A program made the position numbers and the translations under genes. The notes under the pieces were generated by a model. It searched no databases. It saw only the letters and a list, made by a program, of their open reading frames with translations, and was not told the origin of the DNA. Below, in pieces: positions 38,438-50,406 of a DNA stretch of 64,000 nt. The DNA comes from Eubacteriales bacterium (GTDB taxonomy: Bacteria > Bacillota > Clostridia > Oscillospirales > CAG-272): NCBI GenBank assembly GCA_045580835.1, contig JAZNOM010000030.1, positions 17,162 through 81,161 on the forward strand. The letters are read 5' to 3'. The number at the start of each line of letters is the position of its first letter. The stretch's first letter is position 1.

Positions 38438-38989
38438 ATGAAAGCAACAGGAATTGTAAGAAGGATAGACGATCTCGGTCGTGTGGTAATACCTAAAGAA
38501 ATAAGACGCACAATGCGTATCCGTGAAGGTGACCCTCTTGAAATCTATACCGACAGAGAAGGAGAAGTAATTTTTAAGAAGTACTCTCCAATTGGTGAGC
38601 TTGTATCATTTGCAGCCCAATATGCAGATACTCTTAACAAAACTTGCGGAATGTCAGTAATTATTACCGACCGCGATGCCGTTGTAGCATGTGCAGGCGT
38701 TTCAAAAAAAGAATACACCGAAAAGAAGATTTCTGACGAAATCGAAGACATAATTGAAAGCCGAACACTCTATGTAAATAACAATAGTGAAAACAAATTC
38801 CCGGTTATTGAAGATGGTGGAAGTCATTATGTAAGCTGCGCAATGCCAATTATAAGTGAAGGAGATATTGTCGGATGCGTAGTTTCGCTAAACGCAAACG
38901 ACTCATCAAGCAACAATCTCGCAAAAGATGTGGAAACCAAGCTTATTCAAACAGCAGCATCATTTCTCGGAAAGCAACTGGAAGCATAA
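38438..38989 (+). CDS. spoVT: stage V sporulation protein T (AbrB-family regulator with GAF-like domain)
   Basis: MKATGIVRRIDDLGRVVIPKEIRRTMRIREGDPLEIY SpoVT-AbrB N-domain, ~180 aa length. Confidence 0.9.
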   Translation: MKATGIVRRIDDLGRVVIPKEIRRTMRIREGDPLEIYTDREGEVIFKKYSPIGELVSFAAQYADTLNKTCGMSVIITDRDAVVACAGVSKKEYTEKKISDEIEDIIESRTLYVNNNSENKFPVIEDGGSHYVSCAMPIISEGDIVGCVVSLNANDSSSNNLAKDVETKLIQTAASFLGKQLEA

Positions 38990-38994
38990 ATAAT

Positions 38995-39028
38995 AAAAGC
39001 AGCAGAAAACAATTCTGCTGCTTTTAAA
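38995..39028. terminator. bidirectional terminator
   Basis: aaagcagcaga-aaacaat-tctgctgcttt. Confidence 0.75.
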
Positions 39029-39029
39029 T

Positions 39030-39905
39030 CTAATCAATATCCTGAATAACTTTTTCGGGTGGAGACATAAGTGCCTCGGGGGAAGCAATAAGTTTTTTGA
39101 TAATTTTAAACGCAGAAGCATAATAAAATCCATCACAAATTCGCTCATCAGTAACAACTTTCAAATCCATCATTGTCTGTTTTTCAACAGTTCCATCATC
39201 CTTGACGGTATTGGTGTGGTATTTTTTGCCGTAAGAAACAAACAAAGGAAGATTACCAAAGTTATACAAATGATGATATATGGGAGGTATACCTAGGGAC
39301 CCCATACTTGTTATAATCATTGAACCATGGAAAGGACTTATATCAAGCAACGCCTTTGGCAGCCAACCGAAGTAATCCAAAAAATTCAAAAAACCTATAG
39401 CGACGCGGAAAATCAACCCGGGCAATTTTACGAGAGTGGAAACGACATTTTCAAAGTCGGGATTTCCCTCCTCTGCCAGCGCCTCTTTAGCCACCTTGTC
39501 AAACTTCTCATATACGTCCAGCAAAGTATCGGTGGGTTCAAAACGCACCTTTATAACAGTATCGGGCGCTTCAAGCGACATCTCTTTTTTTATAGTCATG
39601 TTAACTTCAATAGTATCGCGGTGAAAAATCTTCTGTCCCGAACAAAAACGATTGAGTCCAGGGCGTGAAGCAATCGTGCGGATATACGCTGCAAGAATAA
39701 TATGCAAAATGCTCATACTTTTATAGCCTTGTTTGCGAAGTTCCCGCATAAGTCTGTCTGCTTCTGTAATATTAACAGAATCCGCAAACATATTTTGAGC
39801 ATCATTCCTTGTGGGCATTATGTAAGGCACAACATATGACATTGGCGGTAACGTACGCACACGTCTACCTTCTTTTCTATCGCCCCATCTACGTTTATTC
39901 TTCAT
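39030..39905 (-). CDS. stand-alone 2-oxoacid dehydrogenase E2 / CAT-fold acyltransferase-like protein
   Basis: The C-terminal DERICDGFYYA corresponds to the DHRxxDG catalytic motif with His replaced by Glu. No lipoyl or E1/E3-binding domains. Confidence 0.55.
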   Translation of the reverse strand: MKNKRRWGDRKEGRRVRTLPPMSYVVPYIMPTRNDAQNMFADSVNITEADRLMRELRKQGYKSMSILHIILAAYIRTIASRPGLNRFCSGQKIFHRDTIEVNMTIKKEMSLEAPDTVIKVRFEPTDTLLDVYEKFDKVAKEALAEEGNPDFENVVSTLVKLPGLIFRVAIGFLNFLDYFGWLPKALLDISPFHGSMIITSMGSLGIPPIYHHLYNFGNLPLFVSYGKKYHTNTVKDDGTVEKQTMMDLKVVTDERICDGFYYASAFKIIKKLIASPEALMSPPEKVIQDID

Positions 39906-39929
39906 ATTGTACTCCGAGTTATAATTTAT

Positions 39930-40910
39930 TTAAAGTTCAGCAACACCGGCTGCATTAGGAAAAGCAAACTTGTGAGATGCGCCTTCTATAGGCAGGCCAT
40001 CCTCGCCAAGTGGCATAACGCAGATTTCACCGGAAACCTGGTAACACACGATAAGATTCTTACCGTCTTTAGTAAGAGTCATGTGCCTAGGCTTTTCGCC
40101 ATCTGTAGGCAAACGGAGCTTTTCGTAAAGCTTACCGCTATCATCAACACCAAAGAACACAAGCGATTCGCTGTAACGGTTAGCACCGTAAACTGTTTTT
40201 TCATCAGGAGAAAGACAAATAGCAGAACAGTGGCTCTTGCCCTCAAATCCTTCCGGAAGAGTAGATATCCGCTGGAGCAACTTTTTTTCGGGCATGGCAT
40301 ATACAAGCACTTCGTTTGAAAGCTCGGTAATTACATATAACACGCTTTCATCTTTATTATAAACAGAGTGTCTGGGGTGCTGTCCCTTTTCTGTATAGAT
40401 TCTGTCTTTTTCAAAAATTTCGCCGTCTCTGATATCGTAAAAATATATAACATCTGTGCCTACGTTGTTTACCATAAGTGTATCTTCGGCTTTGTTAACA
40501 CTTACATAATGAACGCGCGAAATTAAAGAATCGTCTCCACTTTCATTCACCTGAAATATTGAACCGGTTTTTACAAACTTACCGTTATCATCAATAGTAG
40601 CATATAAAAGATGACCGGAGCCCCAACATGCACCAAATACCATACGGTTTTTTTCAGAATAGCAAATGTGACAAAGGAATCCGCCGTCAAAATGAGCACT
40701 GTCAACAAGACGGTATCCGTCGCCGTCTGCCACATATGAGTGTATGTATGCCTCATTCTCGACTTCGGTAGCAGCAAACATGCGTTCACCAACAACTTCC
40801 ACAAAACTTGGTGACTCAATAGTATCATACCAAATTACATTACCAAACTCATCACATTTAATTATGTTTTTGTTGCCTTTATCGCCATAACCGGAAATTA
40901 TAAGTTTCAT
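39930..40910 (-). CDS. beta-propeller lactonase family protein (6-phosphogluconolactonase-like)
   Basis: Repetitive blade pattern. PRHSVYNKDESVLYV and PRHMTLTKDGKNLIV are typical of the Lactonase family. Confidence 0.6.
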   Translation of the reverse strand: MKLIISGYGDKGNKNIIKCDEFGNVIWYDTIESPSFVEVVGERMFAATEVENEAYIHSYVADGDGYRLVDSAHFDGGFLCHICYSEKNRMVFGACWGSGHLLYATIDDNGKFVKTGSIFQVNESGDDSLISRVHYVSVNKAEDTLMVNNVGTDVIYFYDIRDGEIFEKDRIYTEKGQHPRHSVYNKDESVLYVITELSNEVLVYAMPEKKLLQRISTLPEGFEGKSHCSAICLSPDEKTVYGANRYSESLVFFGVDDSGKLYEKLRLPTDGEKPRHMTLTKDGKNLIVCYQVSGEICVMPLGEDGLPIEGASHKFAFPNAAGVAEL

Positions 40911-41039
40911 AACACACCTCCGATGGAAATATATTATTAATTATATCATATAATTCCAATTTTTTCAACACAATTCGACTTAAGATATTGATTTAAAACA
41001 TTATTTTTATTAGAATAGAAAAAAATACCGAGGTCGAAA

Positions 41040-44857
<3,818 letters not shown>

Positions 44858-44859
44858 TT

Positions 44860-44893
44860 CTAAAGCCCGCTTTAAAGCGGGCTTTCATTTTTC
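44860..44893 (+). terminator. intrinsic terminator
   Basis: aaagcccgc-tttaaa-gcgggcttt followed by catttttc. Confidence 0.75.
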
Positions 44894-44961
44894 TCTTGTA
44901 TTTTCAAAAAAAAGTGTTATAATTATTTATTAGTAAATAAAATTTAGAAAGAAGATGCAAA

Positions 44962-46050
44962 ATGACAAAAATTGATATTATATCCGGATTTCTCGGTGCC
45001 GGAAAAACTACACTAATCAAAAAACTTCTTCGGGAAGCTCTTGTCGGCGAAAAGGTTGTTCTTATTGAAAACGAGTTTGGTGAAATCGGTATCGACGGCG
45101 GCTTCCTTAAAGACAGTGGCATTGAGATCACCGAAATGAACTCCGGTTGTATCTGCTGCAGCCTTGTAGGTGACTTTGAAAAATCTCTCTCTGAGGTGCT
45201 TGATAAATTCACTCCAGACCGTGTTATTATTGAACCTTCAGGCGTTGGCAAACTCAGTGATATTATCAGTGCTGTTGAGAAGCTTGATAGAAAAGACATT
45301 TCTCTCAACAGCTTTTCTACCGTTGTTGATGCAAAGAAATGCAAGATGTATCTCAAGAACTTCGGTGAATTCTTCTGCAATCAGGTAGAAAATGCGCGTG
45401 CTATAATACTCAGCCGTTCACAAGACGCAAACGAGGGAAAACTTGCAGAAACCATTGAACTTATCCGCGGACTTAATAGCGAAGCAAACATTATCACGAC
45501 ACCTTGGGACTCACTTAACGGAAAACAGATTCTCCATGCTATGGAAACTGCAAAGATACTTTCAAAAGAACTTGAAGAAGAACACCGCAAAGCACATCAC
45601 CTCCACGGTGAAGAGTGCCATTGTCACGAGCAGGAGCATCACCATCACGACCATGATGAAGAATGTCACTGTCATGAACATCACCAGCATGGCGAAGAAT
45701 GTCACTGTCATGAACATCATCAGCATGGCGAAGAATGTCACTGCCATGAGCACGGACATCATCACCATCACGACGCCGACGAAGTGTTTACTTCTGTTGG
45801 ATTTGAAACCATCAAAAAATATACTGTTGATGAAATTAAAGATATTCTTAAAGCACTCGAAGATGAGCACACCTATGGTATTATTCTGCGTTCCAAGGGT
45901 ATTGTAGCGGCGACTGATGGTTGGATTCACTTTGACTATGTCCCTGAAGAATCCGATGTTCGCACGGGCGGTGCTGACACTATCGGCAAAATCTGCGTAA
46001 TCGGCTCAAATATCAACGAAGAAAAAATCAAGGAATTGTTTAGAGTATAA
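44962..46050 (+). CDS. COG0523 (CobW/YjiA/ZigA-type) metallochaperone GTPase with His/Cys-rich repeat insert
   Basis: Walker A GFLGAGKTT, ENEFGE, metal motif GCICC, a long (GEECHCHEHHQH)n stretch, and a CobW_C-like end. Confidence 0.85.
   Translation: MTKIDIISGFLGAGKTTLIKKLLREALVGEKVVLIENEFGEIGIDGGFLKDSGIEITEMNSGCICCSLVGDFEKSLSEVLDKFTPDRVIIEPSGVGKLSDIISAVEKLDRKDISLNSFSTVVDAKKCKMYLKNFGEFFCNQVENARAIILSRSQDANEGKLAETIELIRGLNSEANIITTPWDSLNGKQILHAMETAKILSKELEEEHRKAHHLHGEECHCHEQEHHHHDHDEECHCHEHHQHGEECHCHEHHQHGEECHCHEHGHHHHHDADEVFTSVGFETIKKYTVDEIKDILKALEDEHTYGIILRSKGIVAATDGWIHFDYVPEESDVRTGGADTIGKICVIGSNINEEKIKELFRV
45607..45773 (+). repeat. in-frame 36 bp tandem repeat encoding GEECHCHEHHQH units
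   Basis: Units 45658-45693 and 45694-45729 differ at 1 nt. Diverged copies flank them on both sides. Confidence 0.9.
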
Positions 46051-47003
46051 TGAGAACAGAACAAGAAGTAAGAGTATATTTGTTTACCGGCTTTTTGGAG
46101 TCCGGCAAGACAAAATTCATCAGAGAAACTTTAGAGGATAAGCGCTTTAATGACGGTGAGCCGACCCTGCTGCTTCTTTGCGAAGAAGGCGAAGAGGAAT
46201 ATGATACAAAGGCCCCGTATATGGAGTGCGTAACGGTTGCAACGCTTGAAGATGAATCCGAGTTTACCGAGGCCAATCTCATGCGTCTTGCAACAAAGGC
46301 AAAAGCCAAAAAGGTAATCGTTGAATACAACGGAATGTGGCTTCTCAATGATTTTTATGAAAGAATCCCAAGCGATTGGGTTATATATCAGGAGCTTATG
46401 TTTGCAGATGCAAACACTTTTGAAAACTATAACTCAAACATGCGTAGCCTTGTATATGATAAAATCAGCAGTGCCGAGCTTGTAATTTTCAACCGTTGCA
46501 AAAAAGATTTTGACAAGATGGCACTTCACAAAATTGTACGCGCAATCAGTCGCCGTGTTGACATTGCCTATGAATATACCGACGGCTCCGCTGAATATGA
46601 TGACATCGTAGATCCGCTGCCTTTCGATATCAATGCTGATATTATTAAAATTGAAGACCGTGACTATGCACTTTGGTATCGTGACACTTCTGAAGAAATG
46701 GAAAAATACGACGGCAAAAGCGTTTCTTTCAAAGCACTTGTCGCTATTGGTAAGGATTTTCCAACTGATACCTTTGTTGGTGGCAGAAGACTTATGAGCT
46801 GTTGTGCAGATGACCTTATCTTTGCAGGTTTTGCTTGCAAAACTGATAAGCGCGGCGACCTTAAAAACGGCGACTGGGTAAATATTGTTGGAAAAATCGA
46901 AATTAGATTCAACAATCTCTATGGCAGAAAAGGTCCTGTTATCCATGTTACTGAATTAAAAAAGACTACCGCACCGGATGAACCCGTTGCTACATTCTAT
47001 TGA
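46050..47003 (+). CDS. COG0523-like degenerate GTPase domain fused to DUF1980-like C-terminal domain
   Basis: N-terminal TGFLESGKTKF P-loop, but no CxCC and CEEGEEE in place of ENEFGE. The C-terminal RRLMSCCADDLIFAGF...PVIHV...P resembles the DUF1980/TIGR03943 CCxxD domain. Its ATG overlaps the upstream stop (ATAATG). Confidence 0.55.
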   Translation: MRTEQEVRVYLFTGFLESGKTKFIRETLEDKRFNDGEPTLLLLCEEGEEEYDTKAPYMECVTVATLEDESEFTEANLMRLATKAKAKKVIVEYNGMWLLNDFYERIPSDWVIYQELMFADANTFENYNSNMRSLVYDKISSAELVIFNRCKKDFDKMALHKIVRAISRRVDIAYEYTDGSAEYDDIVDPLPFDINADIIKIEDRDYALWYRDTSEEMEKYDGKSVSFKALVAIGKDFPTDTFVGGRRLMSCCADDLIFAGFACKTDKRGDLKNGDWVNIVGKIEIRFNNLYGRKGPVIHVTELKKTTAPDEPVATFY

Positions 47004-47006
47004 TGA

Positions 47007-47040
47007 AAAAGCCACTCAAAAGAGTGGCTTTTAAATTTTT
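47007..47040. terminator. bidirectional terminator
   Basis: aaagccactc-aaaa-gagtggcttt. Confidence 0.75.
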
Positions 47041-47681
47041 TTAAGAAGTTTAGCAAGAGTAGAAACGCTGTCAACTATGTAATTAGCATTCGCGCGCGCA
47101 AGTTCTTCACGTGTACCGTAACCAAAAAGCACACCAACACACTCCAAACCACAGTTGCGCGCACCTATAACATCATGCTCTCTATCGCCTACCATAATAC
47201 AAGTTGAAGGCTCATTTATTCCAAGCGTATCCATAACATATTTAATCACAGCTGCTTTTGTAGAAAGTTTTTCTCCCAAGTCACAGCCGCCAATATATTC
47301 AAAATACTTTGCAAGATTAAAATGCTCTAGTATTCTCCTTGCATACACTTCCGGTTTAGATGTTGCAAGCACAAGTTTGTATCCACTGCTCCGCAAATCT
47401 GCAAGCATTTCAGGAATGCCGTCGTAAACAAGGTTTTCAAAAAGACCTTTATCACTAAAATACTCCCGGTAGTACATTAAACATTTTGTTGCCTTTTCTT
47501 TCGAAAAGCCGTATACCTCCATCATTTTTTCAATAAGCGGAGGACCGATAAACTGATATAGTTCTTCCCTGCTTGCCACCTCAATCCCAAATTTTTCGAG
47601 TGCATATATAAGCGAATTGGTAATACCTAAAGCAGGGTCGGTTAATGTACCGTCAAGATCAAAAAATATGTACTCCTTCAT
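47031..47681 (-). CDS. HAD-IA family phosphatase (phosphoglycolate phosphatase-like)
   Basis: FFDLDGTLTD motif I, TSK motif and GDREHD motif. Start at MKEY, whose ATG overlaps the upstream TGA (TGATG). Confidence 0.8.
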   Translation of the reverse strand: MKEYIFFDLDGTLTDPALGITNSLIYALEKFGIEVASREELYQFIGPPLIEKMMEVYGFSKEKATKCLMYYREYFSDKGLFENLVYDGIPEMLADLRSSGYKLVLATSKPEVYARRILEHFNLAKYFEYIGGCDLGEKLSTKAAVIKYVMDTLGINEPSTCIMVGDREHDVIGARNCGLECVGVLFGYGTREELARANANYIVDSVSTLAKLLKKI

Positions 47682-48172
47682 CAATACTTCCACAGCTTCT
47701 TTCGATCAACAAATTCTTTTAAAATAATTGCGCACACTATGCCTGCTATTCCTTGCAGAAAATTAGGTACAATACCGAGTGCTGCTGTACCGGGGGTATA
47801 TAAAACGCATTCATATGCGAAATAGCCAAATACCATCAAAAACTCGGCAAGCACACCGCTGATTATAACTGCTATTCTTCCTTTACCGGCTGCGACAAAA
47901 TATGCAACCACCGCCATCAATGCCTTTATAATAAAAGTTACCGGGGCGTAAATTACATAAGTTGCAAAAACGTCCGCCAACATCGAGCCTACGCCGGCAG
48001 CAATTGCACCGTATATGGGGCCGAGAAGCCAGCCGCATAAAAGCACAATACAATCGCCGAGATTAAAATAACCACCAATTCCATTAGGAATTTGGATAAT
48101 CATTGTAGCAACACAGGCAAATGAGGCGAGCAGTGCCGCTATAACAAGTTTTCTTACATCAATTCTTTTCAT
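47681..48172 (-). CDS. ECF transporter S (substrate-binding) component, substrate unknown
   Basis: 163 aa with ~5-6 TM helices. The pattern GDCIVLLCGWLLGPIYGAIAAGVGSMLAD is typical of S components. Confidence 0.6.
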   Translation of the reverse strand: MKRIDVRKLVIAALLASFACVATMIIQIPNGIGGYFNLGDCIVLLCGWLLGPIYGAIAAGVGSMLADVFATYVIYAPVTFIIKALMAVVAYFVAAGKGRIAVIISGVLAEFLMVFGYFAYECVLYTPGTAALGIVPNFLQGIAGIVCAIILKEFVDRKKLWKY

Positions 48173-49817
48173 AATACTCTCCCAAAAGCTCTATAAATTC
48201 CAGCGGGTATTCCCCACGATTGTTCTTTTTTTCATAATCTGCGTAGACAGCGCAATTACTGTGATATAGAATCGCGATATTTCGTCTGACCCCTGTTTTT
48301 TCAGCAGTCGCAACATCATTATTCAATCGTTTCTTAATCTCCGGAATGCGAGCATCAGTTCTATATAGTGCTTTAGGCAATCCTTTTGATGAGTTAGTTG
48401 CAAGTCTATCACAAACAAGCGCGTCGCGTATCTCATCGGTCAAATTTGCAAATCTTGCAGTTAGAAACAGAAATAACGCATTTGTCATTTCATCTAAAGC
48501 ACTTATATCTTTTATAACAGCTCCGCATTCAAAAAAGAAATCATACGCACTGTCAAAATACGGCAAGCAAAACTTGATAGTTCTTCTAAAACGACCACTG
48601 TTATGAAGACGGTCAACTGCGCTTTCTGCCGTTTTTAATTTCAAAAAATCCTCTCTTGTAAGCCAAGACGTTTCGCAAACCTCATATGGAGGTTCGTGAG
48701 AATACTTAAAGCCATATTCTACTGCTTTATCTTCAAGCTCAGTTCCGTGCAAAATCTTAAGAAAACCAAGTTGAAGCATGTTTGCTCCAAGCTCATACGC
48801 TTCATTAAAGCTATTTATAAAACTATTGTAATCCTCATAGGGCAAACCGGCTATCAAATCAGTGTGTATATGAGCATTACCCATAGCAACTAGCTGCTTT
48901 ATACGAAGTTTTAAAGTTTCGTTATCGGTTTTACGATGAATGGCGGCAATAGTATGCGGATAGAAGCTCTGTATTCCTATTTCAAATTGAAAAAGCCCGT
49001 TTGGAGCGGAACTTAATAGCAAAATCGTATCATCATCAAGCAAATCGCCCGACAGTTCAAAATGAAAGCAAACATCACTCGGGAAAGCTCTCCCTGAATA
49101 CTCTATTAAAAAATTAAATAGTTCATATGCACGATGTCTGTCCGCGTTAAATGTTCTGTCTACAAATTTAATTGTTTTTGTGCCGCTATTTGCAAGCTTT
49201 ATGAGGTTTTCTTTAACATATTCCATATCAAAGAACCTAACACCGTCACACCTGCCTGACAAACAATAAGCGCAGGAATAAGGACATCCGCGACTGCTCT
49301 CAAAATACGCAATTCTATTGTTTAGCATTGCAAAATACTCATTGGTATAAGGAGATTTTGGTGTGCCGATGCCTATGTATGGCTTTGATATATTACCACG
49401 CCAAGATATACCTGAAAGCTCAGCGTTGACACCTGAAAGTAAGAACTGACAAATATTAGAAAATGGGACCTCTCCTTCTCCGCAAATAACATAGTCAACA
49501 AAACTATTTTCAAGTACCTTCTCGGAATTATATGATACTTCAGGACCGCCAAGTATAACTTTAATTTCCTGATTAAATAACTTTACCTGTTTTACTAATT
49601 CATATACATGCTTAACATTCCAAATATAAACGCTTATTGCTAAAACTTTAGGATTAAAGCTTATAATGTCGCTACAGATGTAATCTAAACTTTCATTGAT
49701 CGTGTGTTCCAAAACAACAGAAGAAAAATCTAAATCTTCTATTGAACTCTTCAAATACCAAGTAGCAAGAGAAGAATGAATATATTTACTGTTAAGTGCC
49801 AATATTACTACATCCAT
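48159..49817 (-). CDS. B12-binding-domain radical SAM protein (DUF4080-type)
   Basis: N-terminal Rossmann-like B12-binding region, CxxxCxxC (GCPYSCAYC) and a long C-terminal extension. Confidence 0.75.
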   Translation of the reverse strand: MDVVILALNSKYIHSSLATWYLKSSIEDLDFSSVVLEHTINESLDYICSDIISFNPKVLAISVYIWNVKHVYELVKQVKLFNQEIKVILGGPEVSYNSEKVLENSFVDYVICGEGEVPFSNICQFLLSGVNAELSGISWRGNISKPYIGIGTPKSPYTNEYFAMLNNRIAYFESSRGCPYSCAYCLSGRCDGVRFFDMEYVKENLIKLANSGTKTIKFVDRTFNADRHRAYELFNFLIEYSGRAFPSDVCFHFELSGDLLDDDTILLLSSAPNGLFQFEIGIQSFYPHTIAAIHRKTDNETLKLRIKQLVAMGNAHIHTDLIAGLPYEDYNSFINSFNEAYELGANMLQLGFLKILHGTELEDKAVEYGFKYSHEPPYEVCETSWLTREDFLKLKTAESAVDRLHNSGRFRRTIKFCLPYFDSAYDFFFECGAVIKDISALDEMTNALFLFLTARFANLTDEIRDALVCDRLATNSSKGLPKALYRTDARIPEIKKRLNNDVATAEKTGVRRNIAILYHSNCAVYADYEKKNNRGEYPLEFIELLGEYYEKN

Positions 49818-49868
49818 TTTCTCACCGCCTTTTTAATAAATATAACACAGACAATTTACAAAATCAAT

Positions 49869-49922
49869 ACAAAAAAGAAATGACCTCTGATTGCTTTTTC
49901 TACCGCAATCAGAGGTCATTTC
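49869..49922 (-). terminator. strong intrinsic terminator on minus strand, 52 nt upstream of radical SAM start codon
   Basis: Perfect 18 bp stem gaaatgacctctgattgc / gcaatcagaggtcatttc, 10 nt loop, then TTTTTTG on the minus strand. Confidence 0.85.
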
Positions 49923-50245
49923 GCTTCACTCTTGATATCTAACATCTTTTCTTATCCTCGCTTTCTTAAGATGCCTTTTGCTACATTTAAAAATTCAAAT
50001 GTTTTTTTCTTTCGCTTTTGCGAAACTACTACAGATTTGTACACCGTTCAATGTGCAAAAGGTTAAGATTTTGCTTTAATTAAAACTCAATCCGGATTTA
50101 AACTTTTTTCAAACTCCTGCTACTTTAACTCCCTCGGCATATACAACACTCACACCACTACACCTTTTTAAAGTTCAAATCCAATTTTGTTTTAATTGAA
50201 AGTTATAGGACTTACTTGTACATCGGACTGTACCTTCCTTTCTTC
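49869..50245 (-). ncRNA. candidate ~375 nt structured non-coding RNA (family not recognised)
   Basis: Promoter at 50252-50280. Hairpin 1 spans 50074-50202 (13 bp + 13 bp nested helices, including one G-U that would be C-A on the other strand). Hairpin 2 spans 49964-50068 (5+8+6 bp). The terminator follows. No ORF above ~30 codons and no RBS-preceded start on either strand. Confidence 0.45.
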
Positions 50246-50251
50246 ACTTAT

Positions 50252-50280
50252 AGTGTAGCATACCTAAAATCCAAATGCAA
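50252..50280 (-). promoter_or_regulatory. putative sigma-A promoter for the minus-strand RNA
   Basis: Minus strand TTGCAT, 17 nt spacer, TGc-TACACT. Confidence 0.45.
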
Positions 50281-50365
50281 TTGACATTTTAGAAAAAATT
50301 TCTATACCGTTTTTGTTAAAATGGGAGAAATAATTAAAAAGGTATTTTCAAGCTACATGTTTTTA

Positions 50366-50374
50366 TGATATAAT
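50366..50374 (+). promoter_or_regulatory. extended -10 element for thiamine pyrophosphokinase gene
   Basis: TGaTATAAT, 33 nt upstream of the ATG. Confidence 0.5.
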
Positions 50375-50406
50375 AAATATGTTGTGATGATTTAAAGAGG
50401 TAATTT

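Noticed and set aside
44890-44961. Possible Zur/Fur box in the AT-rich promoter region of the COG0523 gene (tataattatttatta)
   Set aside because: Only a short imperfect AT palindrome overlaps the -10 hexamer. This is indistinguishable from background in AT-rich promoter DNA without a genome-trained motif.
44904-46946. Minus-strand ORFs (158, 122, 102 and 170 aa) opposite the COG0523 gene pair
   Set aside because: They are antisense to genes with clear GTPase motifs. One simply mirrors the His-codon repeat (a V/M/F-rich artefact).
49922-50250. T-box, TPP, cobalamin or other known riboswitch upstream of the radical-SAM/ECF-S operon; also 6S, RNase P, tmRNA and SRP RNA
   Set aside because: I could not find the diagnostic boxes: the T-box GGTGGTACCGCG-like element adjacent to the terminator, CTGAGA with the pyrimidine-sensor helix for TPP, the B12 box, GGAAAGTCC for RNase P, or a tRNA-like 3' end for tmRNA. 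The region is therefore reported only as an unclassified structured RNA candidate.
49920-50400. Small peptides in the ORF-free gap, for example a 9 aa MLDIKSEAK after GAGGA, 26-31 aa plus-strand ORFs, and a 28 aa ORF through the terminator
   Set aside because: All are very short, lack a properly spaced RBS (except the 9-mer), and overlap predicted RNA helices. None looks like a hydrophobic type I toxin or a RiPP precursor.
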